DNA of 59,210 nt, filler included, from Sphacelaria rigidula (taxonomy: Eukaryota): NCBI GenBank assembly GCA_964200075.2. It is 10 parts of 10 records of this genome, joined end to end, with 100 filler letters (N's around TTAATTAATTAA, not from the genome) between each part and the next. Parts side by side here need not be neighbours in the genome. Positions count along the whole stretch, not along the records: positions 23,725 to 29,555 come from CAXNAA020024112.1; positions 29,656 to 35,486 come from CAXNAA020024113.1; positions 35,587 to 41,417 come from CAXNAA020024114.1; 7 more parts are not named here. One strand, written 5' to 3'. The notes beneath the pieces are model-generated. The model was not told where the DNA came from, did no database searches, and saw nothing but the letters and a program-made list of their open reading frames with translations. Positions 23,775 through 36,189 of the stretch are shown here, one piece after another (positions within the stretch are counted from its first letter, which is position 1; the number at the start of each line of letters is the position of its first letter). The position numbers and the translations under genes were made by a program.

Positions 23775-26700
23775 AGTGTTTGAATACGGGGCAGTAGCGG
23801 GAAGACATGTGCCAATGTACTACGGTGATACTCAAGCAGATCATCGTATGATACTAAGTCCTGGTGAGCTGTGGCGGATGGACGTTCCGGTTCCGCGGCT
23901 ACTCGAGCAAAAGCATTTTTGTATCTGGAAGTGAAACCCGTGGCCAGCAGCGTTATGCCCTCGTCGATATTCACCCTCAAGGTGCCGTCTTTGACCATCA
24001 GTATCGGTAGTAATAAATGTATTCGGCGCTCGCAGGGATTTCAGAATAGAATGTCACATCAGTATGTGCCTGGGTTAGGGTATATTTTACTCATCAGTAT
24101 GTGCCTGCGCGCCGGAGCCGTTCGACTCAAGGCGATCACAGACCTTAGCCAGCATTAACAGAATCCACTTATGAGTTTCGATAAAGGTCACAAACCACTC
24201 GTTCAAATGCTTGAGAATGACCTCTCGGACTGGATGATGAAGTGCACTGCGACATCTCGCCCTCACCTATCCGGGGCCCGGGTGCGCAGTGGATACTCTG
24301 GTCAGGTCCACGATCAAGGCGCCACCACACAATATGGGGGAACGAGTCACTACAAGAGTGGGGGGGTGCCAAGTTAGGCCGACTTTTGTCTGCTGCTGCC
24401 GCTGTTCCTGCTCTCAGTGTCTATCCCTGCATCAACATGAGACTGCGGGGTCACTACCTGAGCTCCTTCATAGGCGACAACACCCGCACCTGCCGCAGCC
24501 ATCATTTTCCCGCTTGGTCGCCCGTCTTTCAGACCACCGTACGGTATGTCCGCGGGACCGTCCCCGCTAGGCCTCTTCCGTCAGCATTTGTGGCCCACTG
24601 CAGTCGACGCCGGCGGCAGCATCGCGGCGTCCCTTCCCCCCCACCCACCTGAGACCGCGCCGTATTTAATCGGTGGCCACCACCCTCGGCTCACTGTCAG
24701 GAGCGCCCGCGTCTGTGGCCGCCGCCGCTGCCGTCGCCGCCACCCCCAGCCCGCCGCCAAGAGCGCTCGCGTTTATCGCTGCCACTGCCGTCTCCGCCGC
24801 CGCTGCCACCTTCGTAACCGACTGCCGGACCACGGCCTCCAGCCCGCGGCCAACAACGCCAGCTCCTGCCGCACCCACCACCACTGCTATCGCTCTCCCT
24901 CCCCGCCCGCTCGCGCGTTACGGCCGCCACATCAGACTACCGGGCGGATCCCACCGCCCCTCTCCAGAAATACCTGCCGCGGCAGCCACGCCCCCCTCCT
25001 CCCCTCGCCCGCTTGCAACCGCTGCGGCGTTGGATTGCTAGACAGGTCAATCTAGTTGCTCACCCACCTGCTCGCCCGCCGCTGTTGTTCGGCTGATCCC
25101 GCCACCTCCCCGTCAATGTGCCGTCCTACCTCGACCATGAGCACCGGTGTAAAGCCGCTTAGTGTAGGCGGTATTCTGACCCCTTGCGTGACGACCAAGG
25201 GTCCAGTAATGTTCTCAATGAGTACTTTCTCAAAAGTATCGCTGATTATGTAATTCCGCGTGTATTTGTTATTGTGGCTGAACTTTAGAAGCCGGGCCTA
25301 GGAAAAGGAGGGCCTCCGTTTACGTAGCATAGAACCTTGTCTCATTTTTCTGGAGATGGTCTGTCAGCCCTTGCTGTTCATGCGTCTTGTTCATCCCTAC
25401 CGTCGGGATCATCGTGTGCAAGCACCAAAAGCTCAGTCCCGGCCTCTGTCTAGTCAGTACGGACGTTGGCCGCGCGGTACGCCGCGATTGCTGGGTACCC
25501 ACCCTCTATGGTGGCCTGGGGGGTACACCTGTGAGTTTTCACTGCGTCGTCGACGGCGTGGCCCAGCGCTGAGTCGTACAGACCTAGCTGTTCTACACCG
25601 GGGTGAGCATTTCGTATACAGTCCATGGCAAGGTTCTTGTTCGAAGTACCCTAATCCTAAGCAAGACGGTGAAGTTGCATCAAATGAGGAAAGGGGCGGC
25701 ATGGCGGAAAGAGGAGATCGCACCACAAAAGTATATCAGCCGCCTCCTCGATTTATTTACCTGACATACATGTGAAGCCATAGAAGTTAGTGCACCGAGA
25801 TTTCGCTGATGCATGCAAGAATAGACGGAGGAGGGCTGTTCCATTTCTTCACCTACTGATAGCTATTGACAACTGCTACACGCCATAGAAATTTGGATTT
25901 CGATCACCGAAATGTTGGGGTCCTAGGTGAAGAACCAATTTCGGAATGTGTGAACGTATTGTGTCGGTTCGCCAATGAACGACAGGCTGCTAGTAGATAT
26001 CCACCGCGCTTCCATTGTAGTTTGGCATGCTGAACAGGACGGACGCTCCGAGTTTGAGGTGTACACCCTCATTTTCCTCTTGCGACGAAGTATCGACTAT
26101 CTCCACCACCCCCAGCAAAACGTTCAGCAGCTCCTGCGTATACCTGGCACTAGCCCTCGCGTTGGACTTCAACGTCGGTCTGATCGTAGTGCTGTTTGGC
26201 AGGATTGTGGATACCTTCTGTTTCGATGCATGCGCCCTTCTTGGCCTTCTCGTCCAGCACCTGTTATAGCACCCGACGTTTTTGTTCAGGTTCTTTCGAC
26301 GCACCTCGTGGCACTGCATAACGGATGCCTGCGGACTGCTGACCACTCGCCCGTTCAGAGCATGCAACGTCCCTTTGCTAGCGTAAAAGCTGGAGTGCTT
26401 TGTAGCCGTTAATACGCGTTGGTCACGTGCTTGAGGAAGAGATTTTTTTCGCGCCCCCTCCAACGCCCTCCCTGAAGTACCGCTGTGTTTCCCCCCCTCT
26501 TTTGCTACCAATTAGGATTTGGTGATTGGGGAAAGCTTTGAAGCTTCGCGGTGCTGTGGGAGTCTTCTCGTTGAAGTTTTTGAAAAATCTGTTCGCCGTC
26601 TTCCACTCATCAAGCCTTGCTCTCGCCCAGTTCTTGTCGCCTAAAGGCCGAAAACAGCTGTTCCACGAGCCTCAAGTCCGATTCCGGCATCTGCGCCATA

Positions 26701-27269
26701 TGAATGGGGTGCGGATTGACAAGCCACTGGTATCCAACCTCGCCTTTTACACAGAAGATGGCTGCCATGCCGCGAAGACCCGCCAGCCAGAGCAGGAAGT
26801 TGCCTGTGCGTCGCCCTGTCCGAAACGCCGTATACCCTGGGTAATAGTGAACCACCACTCTTTCCCACGGTCGGAAGCTTTTGTGCACTTCCGCCAGTGC
26901 CTAAACCCACGCACAAATGGCGGAGATGCCCCCCCCCCTCCGCATGCATCTCTACCCTAGCGGCGAGGTTGCAGAACACGTTACCCTAAGTGTTCCAGGG
27001 TTTTCTGATCAGGGGTTGTCGCCATCCTTGCCACGTTGGCGCTCAGCGGCCGCCGCTGCTCCGGTGTTATGGGGCTCCGTCGCTCGATGTCGGAGGGAGG
27101 GGGGTGTGAAGAAGTAACATCGATACGTTTTTTGTCAAATATGCTATCCATGGTGCGGCCCTAACCCTGTGGCATCCCACGGAAACTGAACAATGCTGTC
27201 ATCATATATCGTGCAGCATCATGCAATCATGGTCGTCGCTTTAAACACCCGATTCCTATACCTCTGTGA

Positions 27270-28145
27270 ACTCTATTGGTCTAGCTTCACGGAGACGGTG
27301 ATCTGAACGGGTGCGCAGGTTCTCGACATGCACCTTTCCTGCAAAAGAGAGAACCGGTAGCGATGTGGATCTTCGTTCATGGACGATATCGGCCACAACT
27401 TTACACACGATTTTTTACGGCCGCAGTTGGCAGGATCATGCCCTCCTACGCTTGGAGCCCACCTTCCTACCTGCACGCATACATCAAGTACATGGCGTCC
27501 TTCCTGCAATACAGCCCGTGCAGCACCCAACAGTACTCGGGGCAAATTGTACAGTGTTGTACCGTTCTGGATCGGGAGCTGCGGATTGCCCATATGATGG
27601 TGAGGGGCAAAATTTACACCTCTTCAAACTTCCATCAACTGGTTTTATTGCGGCATGGGTGAAATTCTGCATATCATTTTGCAGTGAAAAACTTGTCCTC
27701 AGGTGGCAAAAACTCTGTGGGTGTCTCCGCCGGTGACGTTACGCATTGTACTGTTATGGGTAGGAATGGGGGCAGATTTTGGGTACTATACCAATGGAAA
27801 GTGCAAGCTGAACGCTACATGCGTCAGAAGTGGCCCGTAATCCAACGAATCATATCAATGGGAAATACACGCGTCACCTACAAATGATGATTTGGCTCAT
27901 AAGAAATTAACTATGTTTCTAGTACATTTATTCAAGCCTGGGAGTGGTCGGTGTTGAGGTGATTTTGTTCCTCCGGAAAGCTCGCTCCACATCAGTAGAT
28001 GGACAATCTTGTTGCACTAGCTAGTGCCCTGCTTCTGTCTGTACCAGTCGGGAAGCACACGCCCCCGAGCTGCCACCCCACGTTTACCGTCATTGCGAAG
28101 AAAACAAGACGAGAGCACGAACAGCAGCTCTTGTGGCCGCTATGG
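27270..28145 (-). mobile_element. Decayed DNA-transposon-like repeat (possibly Mutator), homologous to about 34525-35005
   Basis: Clear nucleotide homology between two contigs (e.g. GCCCGAGCTGCCACCCCACGTT, GATTTTGTTCCTCCG); minus-strand YNTVQF...GCCTGCIAGRTPC weakly resembles a SWIM finger. Confidence 0.45.
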
Positions 28146-28399
28146 GATCAGGGTCATGGCATGAGTGGAAGGAATTCCATCTTGTCAGTCGCTTGGGCAC
28201 GGTCTGATTCTCCCTGTCCAGATCAACATCTTTAACGTCATGTTTCCCCTTTTTTCAGTATATACAGGCAGTCACTTGAAACATCGTGGCTCTGCCGACC
28301 TAGGCATACATGGTGCGCAGTCTGAAATCAAAATGATTCTTTGCGTCTTGCCTTCTCCGCTGGAACCCTCAGACACAATAGCCGAAGTTCATGTGTAAC

Positions 28400-28890
28400 C
28401 TCGCTCTTTGAAACTCAATACATGAAGGGTACTCGCTGTTTAAAGGCGAATTTTCCCCTTGTGCACAGCCGTATAGAACGAAGCAGCACCTGGTGACATG
28501 CCATAAAGTCAAATGCCATCCGTCACACACTGCTCGCCGCAAGAAAAAACACGCAGCTCAAAACGAAGCTTGTCGAACATCGCATAGTTTGCATCTCGTC
28601 CTGATACTATTGAATGTATATACAGACAGTTACTAAATACATGACCGCGGTCGCCAGCAGATGTAACGCACGTACTCGTACTAAAATCGCTCTCGACGCC
28701 TTGGCTTCTGCACTGGAGCCCTGACATGAAGCAGCCGCCAGCTTTGTCCTACTCCTGTCAACTCTCCCTCTGTAATTCAACACTTCAAAGGATACTCGCC
28801 GTTGAAGGGTGAATTTTTCCTTCGTGTACAGCCGCACAGAATAAAGCAGCGCCTGGGGGCACGCAACCAAAGTGCATGTTGTCACAATTT
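28400..28890. repeat. Diverged direct repeat, period about 362 bp
   Basis: GGTACTCGCTGTTTAAAGGCGAATTTTCCCC...ACAGCCGTATAGAA..AAGCAGCACCTGG versus GATACTCGCCGTTGAAGGGTGAATTTTTCC...ACAGCCGCACAGAATAAAGCAGCGCCTGG. Confidence 0.7.
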
Positions 28891-29498
28891 GCTTGCGGCA
28901 GGAAAAGAAGTATGCGCACCGATTTTTTTGAATTTGCCATCTTCGACCCCGAAAGACGCTACTGATCCTCAACCCAAAAGTGCCGATCGCGCAACGCTTA
29001 CAACTCGACACCGAAGCGGGGGATTGGACTGTGGTTCCTTGCGTGCGCTTCCCACACACCCAAGCTACGTCGCCTAGTTTGGTTTTCGCGTTTGAGCGCG
29101 ATGCTGACTCGCAAATAACCCAAATGTACTCAAATAAGATGTTTTCCGCTCTGGGGGGGGATTTTCGGGCCGCTGACGCGACGCCAGCAAAATATCAAAT
29201 TAGGTCCCCTAGATTTTGTGTGTATGCGGGGAGCTATCAAGTGCCGTGGACCGGTTCGCTTCCTGTGTCGGGAACCGAGCGATCTCCAGTGCTACAGGTT
29301 TCCTATACTAGACCAAGTGAATAAATGATGAAGCATGTGTTCTGTTCGTGAGGGCCTCGGCACAGGTCCGACCACCTACTGATGTATTCATTATTGTTCC
29401 GCGTAATCTTTTATTTTAAATCTTGTGCCAATTTTTGGTTGTTAGGGTCCCCATTGCTACCCACAAATGTAACACAACACCGGAGGTCAGATTTTTCC

Positions 29499-29555
29499 GG
29501 GGGAGAGGAGGGGGGGGGGCGTACTCATTTGTTGCTTGCCTTAGTCATTTGACCA
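29499..29555 (-). mobile_element. LINE 3' end, subfamily A, at contig end
   Basis: G-run followed by CGTACTCATTTGTTGCTTGCCTTAGTCATTTGACCA. Confidence 0.85.
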
Positions 29556-31494
29556 NNNNNNNNNNNNNNNNNNNNNNNNNNNNNNNNNNNNNNNNNNNNT
29601 TAATTAATTAANNNNNNNNNNNNNNNNNNNNNNNNNNNNNNNNNNNNNNNNNNNNAGCCCTAAGGGGGGGGGGGGGAGGGGAATATAAACCGTTTTCCAG
29701 TCTGTAAGGCCCCTTGATTGGGGGCAATTTTTCTGCCAGCTGGAAAATGAATTTCGAGTCGCGGCCATCACTGGATTATAAGAATTAATTCCCGCTGGCT
29801 TTTGCAAGACCGGTTATCACCGACCTGGCACTATCGCAGTGATACGGCCGCCATGCTAAGAAGGGCGGTGTACGACGAACAGTTCTGTACTGCTACTGAA
29901 TGACTGAAATGGGCATGCAGTAAGTTGACTGTGCGGTGTTATCAGCCGACACGACAATGTTCTGATATTATAGACGTGCATAACGTGTGAGTTGCAGATA
30001 GTCACGTTCTTTACCCGCGTTTGGGCGACAGTCGTGTTCATTCAACGCGTATATCTAAATATCGCAATTCATACTACACTGCGACACAAGAGAGGGAGAG
30101 GTTGCGAAGGGGAATGTTATGGACGTGGTGTTGCGAAAAAGAATATCCAACATCGAGGTCGCGGCTGTCATGAAATGTAATTAACGTGATGTTGATATTG
30201 TCATGCCCGCGAAGGCAGATCCATGCAAACTCCCGGGTGCCAAGCGTGCGCGCCCACTTCACGTTCACCCCTTGCAAGTCTTCTGGAATCTGCGGCATAT
30301 TTCCAGCGCCGGTACCCTAAGCGCTTTGATCTTCACTCCCTGTTTCTGCGGGCATGTTCTTCACTACTTGCTTTGACTTTCCCCTACCACCTACTACCGT
30401 TACGGTACACGCGGCACAGGCCGACGTTACCGGCAAACACGTGCAAGAGCAACTACTATCGCCATGATCCAGCGATCTGGGGTACCCCTCCTATGAAGTC
30501 GATTTCCCCCCCCCCCTCCTAGAACCCCAGAATGAGGTTTGAGGTTTGCGCGGTGAAGGGGGGGGTGGTGCATGGATTTCTCGATGCGGGGCTCGTGGAT
30601 GATCAGACAAAGGCGCGTTCTGGCCACGGTAGAACACACACTCGTAGCACAGCCCTATAAAGATCCTTATTTCAGTGTAAGTACAAAAATAAAGTCGAAC
30701 GGGAAATCAACCATAGCACTCTCTTCGTGATAAACTATACTGTATTGCGTTCCGCAGGGCATGCTGCGAACAGGGGCACGAATGGGGATGCCTGCGGACG
30801 AAACGCTATACAGTACGTTGGTTGTTCCACGCGATTCGATGATGCGTCAATGACGTATTCAAATGTCGAGATAATCTCGTCTCTTATTATAACCTGTATG
30901 GTCACGAACGTGAGTATGGAGGTCACTGTCTAGAAAACAAGACGTGATCTACAAGGATCGCAGGGCATAAAACGACCGAAATCGCTGACGTAATTCTGAA
31001 GTAGTTTCCGTTTTACCGGAGATCAAATGACGACCATCACGCTGTCATTCTGATACTTGCTCTGTCGTGTGTGTATGTTGTCTGCTCCCTTGAAAAATAC
31101 TCCACCTGGACATCCTGCACTGCTCCTCCATCGCGTTTGCCGTGAGATCGCATCACCGATACGCTCTGTAGAAATCGCAGGTGGGTCAATACGCCAGAAA
31201 GGAGGCAACGTCTTGGCTGAAGTATGGCCGATACTTGCGACCAGTTCGAGAGCTGCGGGTTACCGTGCCCGGCGGAGTTCGAACCTAGGGATGACTTGAT
31301 CAAGGTTTACGGGGTGAGAGATGTGCACATGAGTCGATGTGCGCTGGAGCTTGATATAACACTCACTCTACGAGTATTGTGTGATATTTCGGTGCTTTTG
31401 TTCGGCCGATTGGTGCGTTTGGCCCATTGAGCGTTGCTCCCTCGAAGTACCATGCAGCAGGAGAACAACTTGAATATGTACAGTACTGTAGTAC

Positions 31495-31587
31495 TAGAGG
31501 TATCTCAAACTCGAGGTTCCCGGTATATTTGACGGTAAATTACTGTGAAATATACGAGGAACCTCGAGTTTGTTTGATACACCTCTG
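31495..31587. repeat. Short foldback element (TAGAGGT...ACCTCTG)
   Basis: AAACTCGAGGTTCC..GTATATTT pairs with AAATATAC..GGAACCTCGAGTTT; no TSD seen. Confidence 0.65.
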
Positions 31588-33077
31588 CTAAGTTGCGCAT
31601 TCCCCGATCATCCAGGCGAATAAATCGGCGAATAAGTCGACGAAAGGGGAAAAATGTCCCTCCTTCCTCAAGTCCAACCCTGGAGTCATTCAGGAAGCAG
31701 ATGGATCTACTCTAAGGAATGTAGTAAAAACCTAGAGGCTGAGTTTCATATACCATGGAACGCAAATGGATACCGAACAAGTAGTAACAGAGAAGGGGGG
31801 CATAGCAGGGGAGTTACTGTTGTGCTTGCTGTACGAGCGAGTAACACGAGGAGGAGGCGTAATCGAGCTCGTGGGTCGGTACTCAACGTCCCTTTCAGTC
31901 ATGCCCTACAGTATGAAAAAGTGGTTGAGGGGAATGTAGTTGAAATATTCTGCAGGGTTGAGGAGATTGTCGACTACAGACAGAGCAGTGTTTGGTGTTT
32001 AATGTGGGCGGTCGGTTTTTCCAAGACTGCCACTGGTGCATTCTGAGTTCGTGCGTCACCGCCAACCCAGTCGACCCACAGAGCAGTGTACTGACTAGCA
32101 ATGACTGTACCTTCTTCCGGTGACACGAGAGCTCAGGCGGTGTCTTCTCGGGATAAAAAAAAAAGGAGCGGGAACAGGAACAAGCGCCCAGAAGCAGGAT
32201 GGCGATTGATCACCACCACCATAGACCCGCCCGCCGATCAATCGATACGCTGCTTTCAAATGCCTGTCCCTTTTCCCGCTTCTTTTTTTGATATCCATAG
32301 TAAGACACGGCCTCAGTCGGCCTACCCCGGCTCCTCTGTTACGGCGAGATGCCAGATGGTTCCAATGATGGGTGTTGCTCCGGTATCGCCTGTACCCAAT
32401 ATTTCGAACCGATCAAGGTGAGAATGACCACTCAATCATCGCATACCTGTACACGCTACCATCGATGTCTTGCTGGGTAGCTGCAGGTGTCTTCGTACGT
32501 ATGTGTTTTGTATTGGGCACTTTCTTCGCATAAAGTTTCAATTGTCGAACGATGTCACATATCCCCTCGACTATCAGCGTTGGTCCTTCTGTATCATGAA
32601 TATTTTTTTCGAATTAAATTGATGCCAATTCAACAGACACCCACCCCCGTTGTGATACCCAACCCTGACACCGTGACGTGGGTAGTCCATGTGGATCACA
32701 TATATTTTTTCCAAGTAAAATTGATATCGATTCAGCATGCGGAAAACAAGCTGGAACAACTGGGTGGGTGTAGTGCCGGCCGCTCCCCGCAACCTCCGGT
32801 AACAGCAATAGCTGCTCATGACTGACTTCAGTAGTTTTTATGTTTCATAAATGGGGTCTAACATTCAAATGCTGAGTTCTATACTGACTGTCGTGACTGT
32901 CGCGGTACCGTAACCACAGATACAACAGTAGTTGAGTACGCGTCTCCGTACTCAAGGCACGACACCGCCACGCGTCAGTATCCGACACAGCGTTGAGTTC
33001 ACGATTTACGGTCACCTGTTGCAGGCTCCGGGCATCTCTGTGCTTTGTGAGCCCTTCCATGAAATCTCAGGCGTTAA

Positions 33078-33174
33078 CCCTTAGACCGCGAGGTTAGTCT
33101 TCTGTTGAATCGGCATCAGTTTCGAGTGAAAAAAGTATTCATGATCCAGAAAGACTAATCTCGCGGTCTAAGGG
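33078..33174 (-). mobile_element. piggyBac-like MITE
   Basis: TTAA flanks at 33074-33077 and 33175-33178; inverted near-identical copy of 3504-3601. Confidence 0.9.
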
Positions 33175-33356
33175 TTAACCTTGAAGAATGAAATATGTTA
33201 ACCCTCCTTTTACTGTGACCCCCGCTGATGCACGAACGGTGATGGCCTGTGGACCATCTGGCTTCAAAGCTTTTACTTCTATCCCTTCCCTTTCGTCCCC
33301 GGGTACGACGCCGCATGCTTCACAGACGCCCGTGGTTGCGTTACCATATAAAGAGA

Positions 33357-33703
33357 GTGTGTTGTCGTCCCTTCTATTCTGGACGCCGGTTTATACCTTT
33401 CGGTATATGTGGGCGCATCAGCCGGGTCACAAGGACAGGAGGAGGGTCAACACAGGAGCTTTTTCTTTATTTGTACTTAGTGCCCCACCTTCCTTTTGCG
33501 GTGCTTGCCTTTATTTTTCATCGCATAAGGGGTTCAGCAGTCCCTTTCCCTTGTCGACCGTTAAGTCGAATTTTGTGTACCCACGACATAGTCGCTCTCC
33601 AGTGTTGGCTATGGTGTGGGAGAAAATCCCAGGTCTTCCCGAGATTTGAACCCACGTCCTAACCGTCAGAAGGTTTCGAGGTTACCAACTGAGGCACCCG
33701 GGC
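33357..33703 (-). mobile_element. tRNA-derived SINE, family 1
   Basis: Colinear homology with 18259-18621 including the degenerate A/B boxes and ACAACACAC tail. Confidence 0.85.
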
Positions 33704-34713
33704 AGCAAAGAGGGTTTCACGGGATGGGAATCTCACGGGACAATCAATCGTCAGAATCATCCCGCCTCGCCAACTTACCGGATTTTACGGGAGTACTGTT
33801 ATACGAGCTGGGCCAGCCAACAGTGGGTAGTTTTCTGGCCCAGGCGACGCACGGCGTAAAATTTAAAACTTGGAGTTGGACGCTGAAATCTTGACTGCAG
33901 CCTATTGTGATCGACATGCACAACGTGACGAGAGCAGCAAAGAAAAAAATATAATGAAAAGGAAGTTTGGGGAAATTGAAATTTCAGCAAAAACACGATA
34001 TTTCCTGTATTCAGAACAGAAAAAAACGAGAATCTGCAGCTGCTCTGGTGATGTATCATTTCCTTGGGTGCAGAAAGGTCCTCGTGATATTTCGTTTCAA
34101 GAGTCATCGAATTGGGCGGTGCTTGCAACGTTTTGCGTGACGCTGCTGCACCGCTATAATTCAGGTGAAGGGAGACTCCAACTATGGAGGTCATGAGTTG
34201 GAATTCCTACAGATGTAAGGTCTCGGGGGGGGGCAAAGACGTCAGCTCATGGCGTGGTCCATACACTGATTACCTTTTTTTCGTCCGTCGCTGAGGTGAT
34301 ATATTATGCAGTACATTTTTTTCTTCATTCAGCGGCGGTACCGTTTGTTACCAGGTTGGTCTGCACTTCACAGTGATACGCTTACATCGGGTTTATTCGG
34401 GAAACTGGGAAAGCTGTAGTGTCGACAACGTTTGGCCGCTCTTATGCTGGCCCAGCTCGTACAGGTACCCGTCATTTTTTTCATAGCTCCATTGGCGTTG
34501 TTGAAGGTGAAAACGAAAAGAATAACTACTGTCATGGGTGGGACTGGGGCCCGGTTTTGGGTACTATATTTCGGGAAAATGGATCACGAACGCTATATGC
34601 GTAAGAACTGGACCGTAATCAGGCGAATCATATCAATCAAAAATACATGCGTCACCTAGAAACAACGACCTGGCTCATATGAAACGTACTATAAACATAG
34701 TACATATCTCTAA

Positions 34714-34808
34714 CCCTCAGACCGCGAGATTAGTCTTTCTGGATCATGCATACTTTTTTTCACTTGAAATTTCTGCCGATTCAACAGAAGACTAACCTCG
34801 CGGTCTAA
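34714..34808 (+). mobile_element. piggyBac-like MITE with truncated right end
   Basis: Body nearly identical to 3504-3601; preceded by CTAA; absent from the homologous region near 27930. Confidence 0.85.
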
Positions 34809-36189
34809 GCCTGTGAGTGCTCGGTGTTGAGATGATTTTGTTCCTCCGCATAACTCGCTCCAGATCAGTAGGTGCAAACTTTTGGTGCACTAGTGTTCAG
34901 CTTCTGTACTACTCGGGGAGTGCACGCGCCCGAGCTGCCACCCCACGTTCACCACCACTGCGAATATAACAAGACAAGAAGAACGACGGCAGTCGTGGCC
35001 GCCACACACCAACGCATCTGGAGTGAAAGGCGTGCCTGACATCGTGCTGGAACGAGAGAGTACGGAAATTTGGATACCATGAGCAGCAGCGTCGCGCATC
35101 CCTTGGGTTCTCTCTCGAAAACATCTGTCACAAGACGGCCGTGTTTCATCGGTGAACTCGTCCCCTACAAGTCAAGGGGTGAAAGGGCATTCGCTCATGA
35201 TAAGTGAGGTTGTCCTTTGTACACATCCCCACAGAACAGATCAGCACATGGCGGACCGCCACCAAAGCAAATGTCGTGACATTGGCCCCAAAAAATAGCA
35301 TCTGGTCGAAGATTCAAGTTGGTGTGAATCGCATGATTTACATATTATTTTCAGTATGCACAGGCAGTCAGTTGAAATATGGTGGATGTGCTGACTTGTT
35401 AATATATAGTCAGTGTGTACAGTACCGGCCCGCTAGTAAGAAACGTGTCAGTAAGAAAATCAGCCTCAAAGTTTAGACAGACTTAANNNNNNNNNNNNNN
35501 NNNNNNNNNNNNNNNNNNNNNNNNNNNNNNTTAATTAATTAANNNNNNNNNNNNNNNNNNNNNNNNNNNNNNNNNNNNNNNNNNNNGTTTGTTGTTTGTT
35601 TAGGGGGGTTGGGCGTGTGCTGCGAGTCCCTTTCGAGAGGGGGCCGGGGGGGGGGGGGTGGAAGAAGGACGTTTATAGTGGCAAAAGGACACACGGTTGG
35701 GATTGAATATCTGGTCGACATACGACGCACAACACCCGTCGCGCTTGGGCAGGTCGAGCAGTGAATCTGGGGCACAGTTATGGCTACTGGCTTTCAAAGC
35801 GAGGGGATACGTCAAAGCTCAGCATGAGTGACAGTTCGATTTGTGGTAGTCTTGAAGGAGAAAAGAACACAGCCACCGGAGACACGAGCTGATACGTGTC
35901 CGGTCATGTGACCATACGCACCGTTTGCCATCTACGGAGCACGATCCCTCAAAAGCCGACTATTTTATTTTTTTCTTTCTTTTTTCTTTGTCGCATTACG
36001 AACCCCTCTCCACCTAAAGATAACAAAAACAAAATGACACTGCAGCAGGACAGCAGGACCCCACCGGGCCTTTTTCACGGCCAGCAGTCACAAAAGGACG
36101 AGGCAAATTCAGACGTGGGTACAGGGCACAGACTTCTCAACACACTGTGCCGAGAACTAGCACACACACGCACAAGGAAACGAACGTAC

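Noticed and set aside
24546..25055. Ala/Pro/Arg-rich overlapping ORFs as genes
   Set aside because: Low-complexity GCC-rich sequence is open in several frames; there is no independent support.
31180..31315. Possible exon after AAATCGCAG
   Set aside because: All three frames from this acceptor hit stops before a good donor and no family is recognisable.
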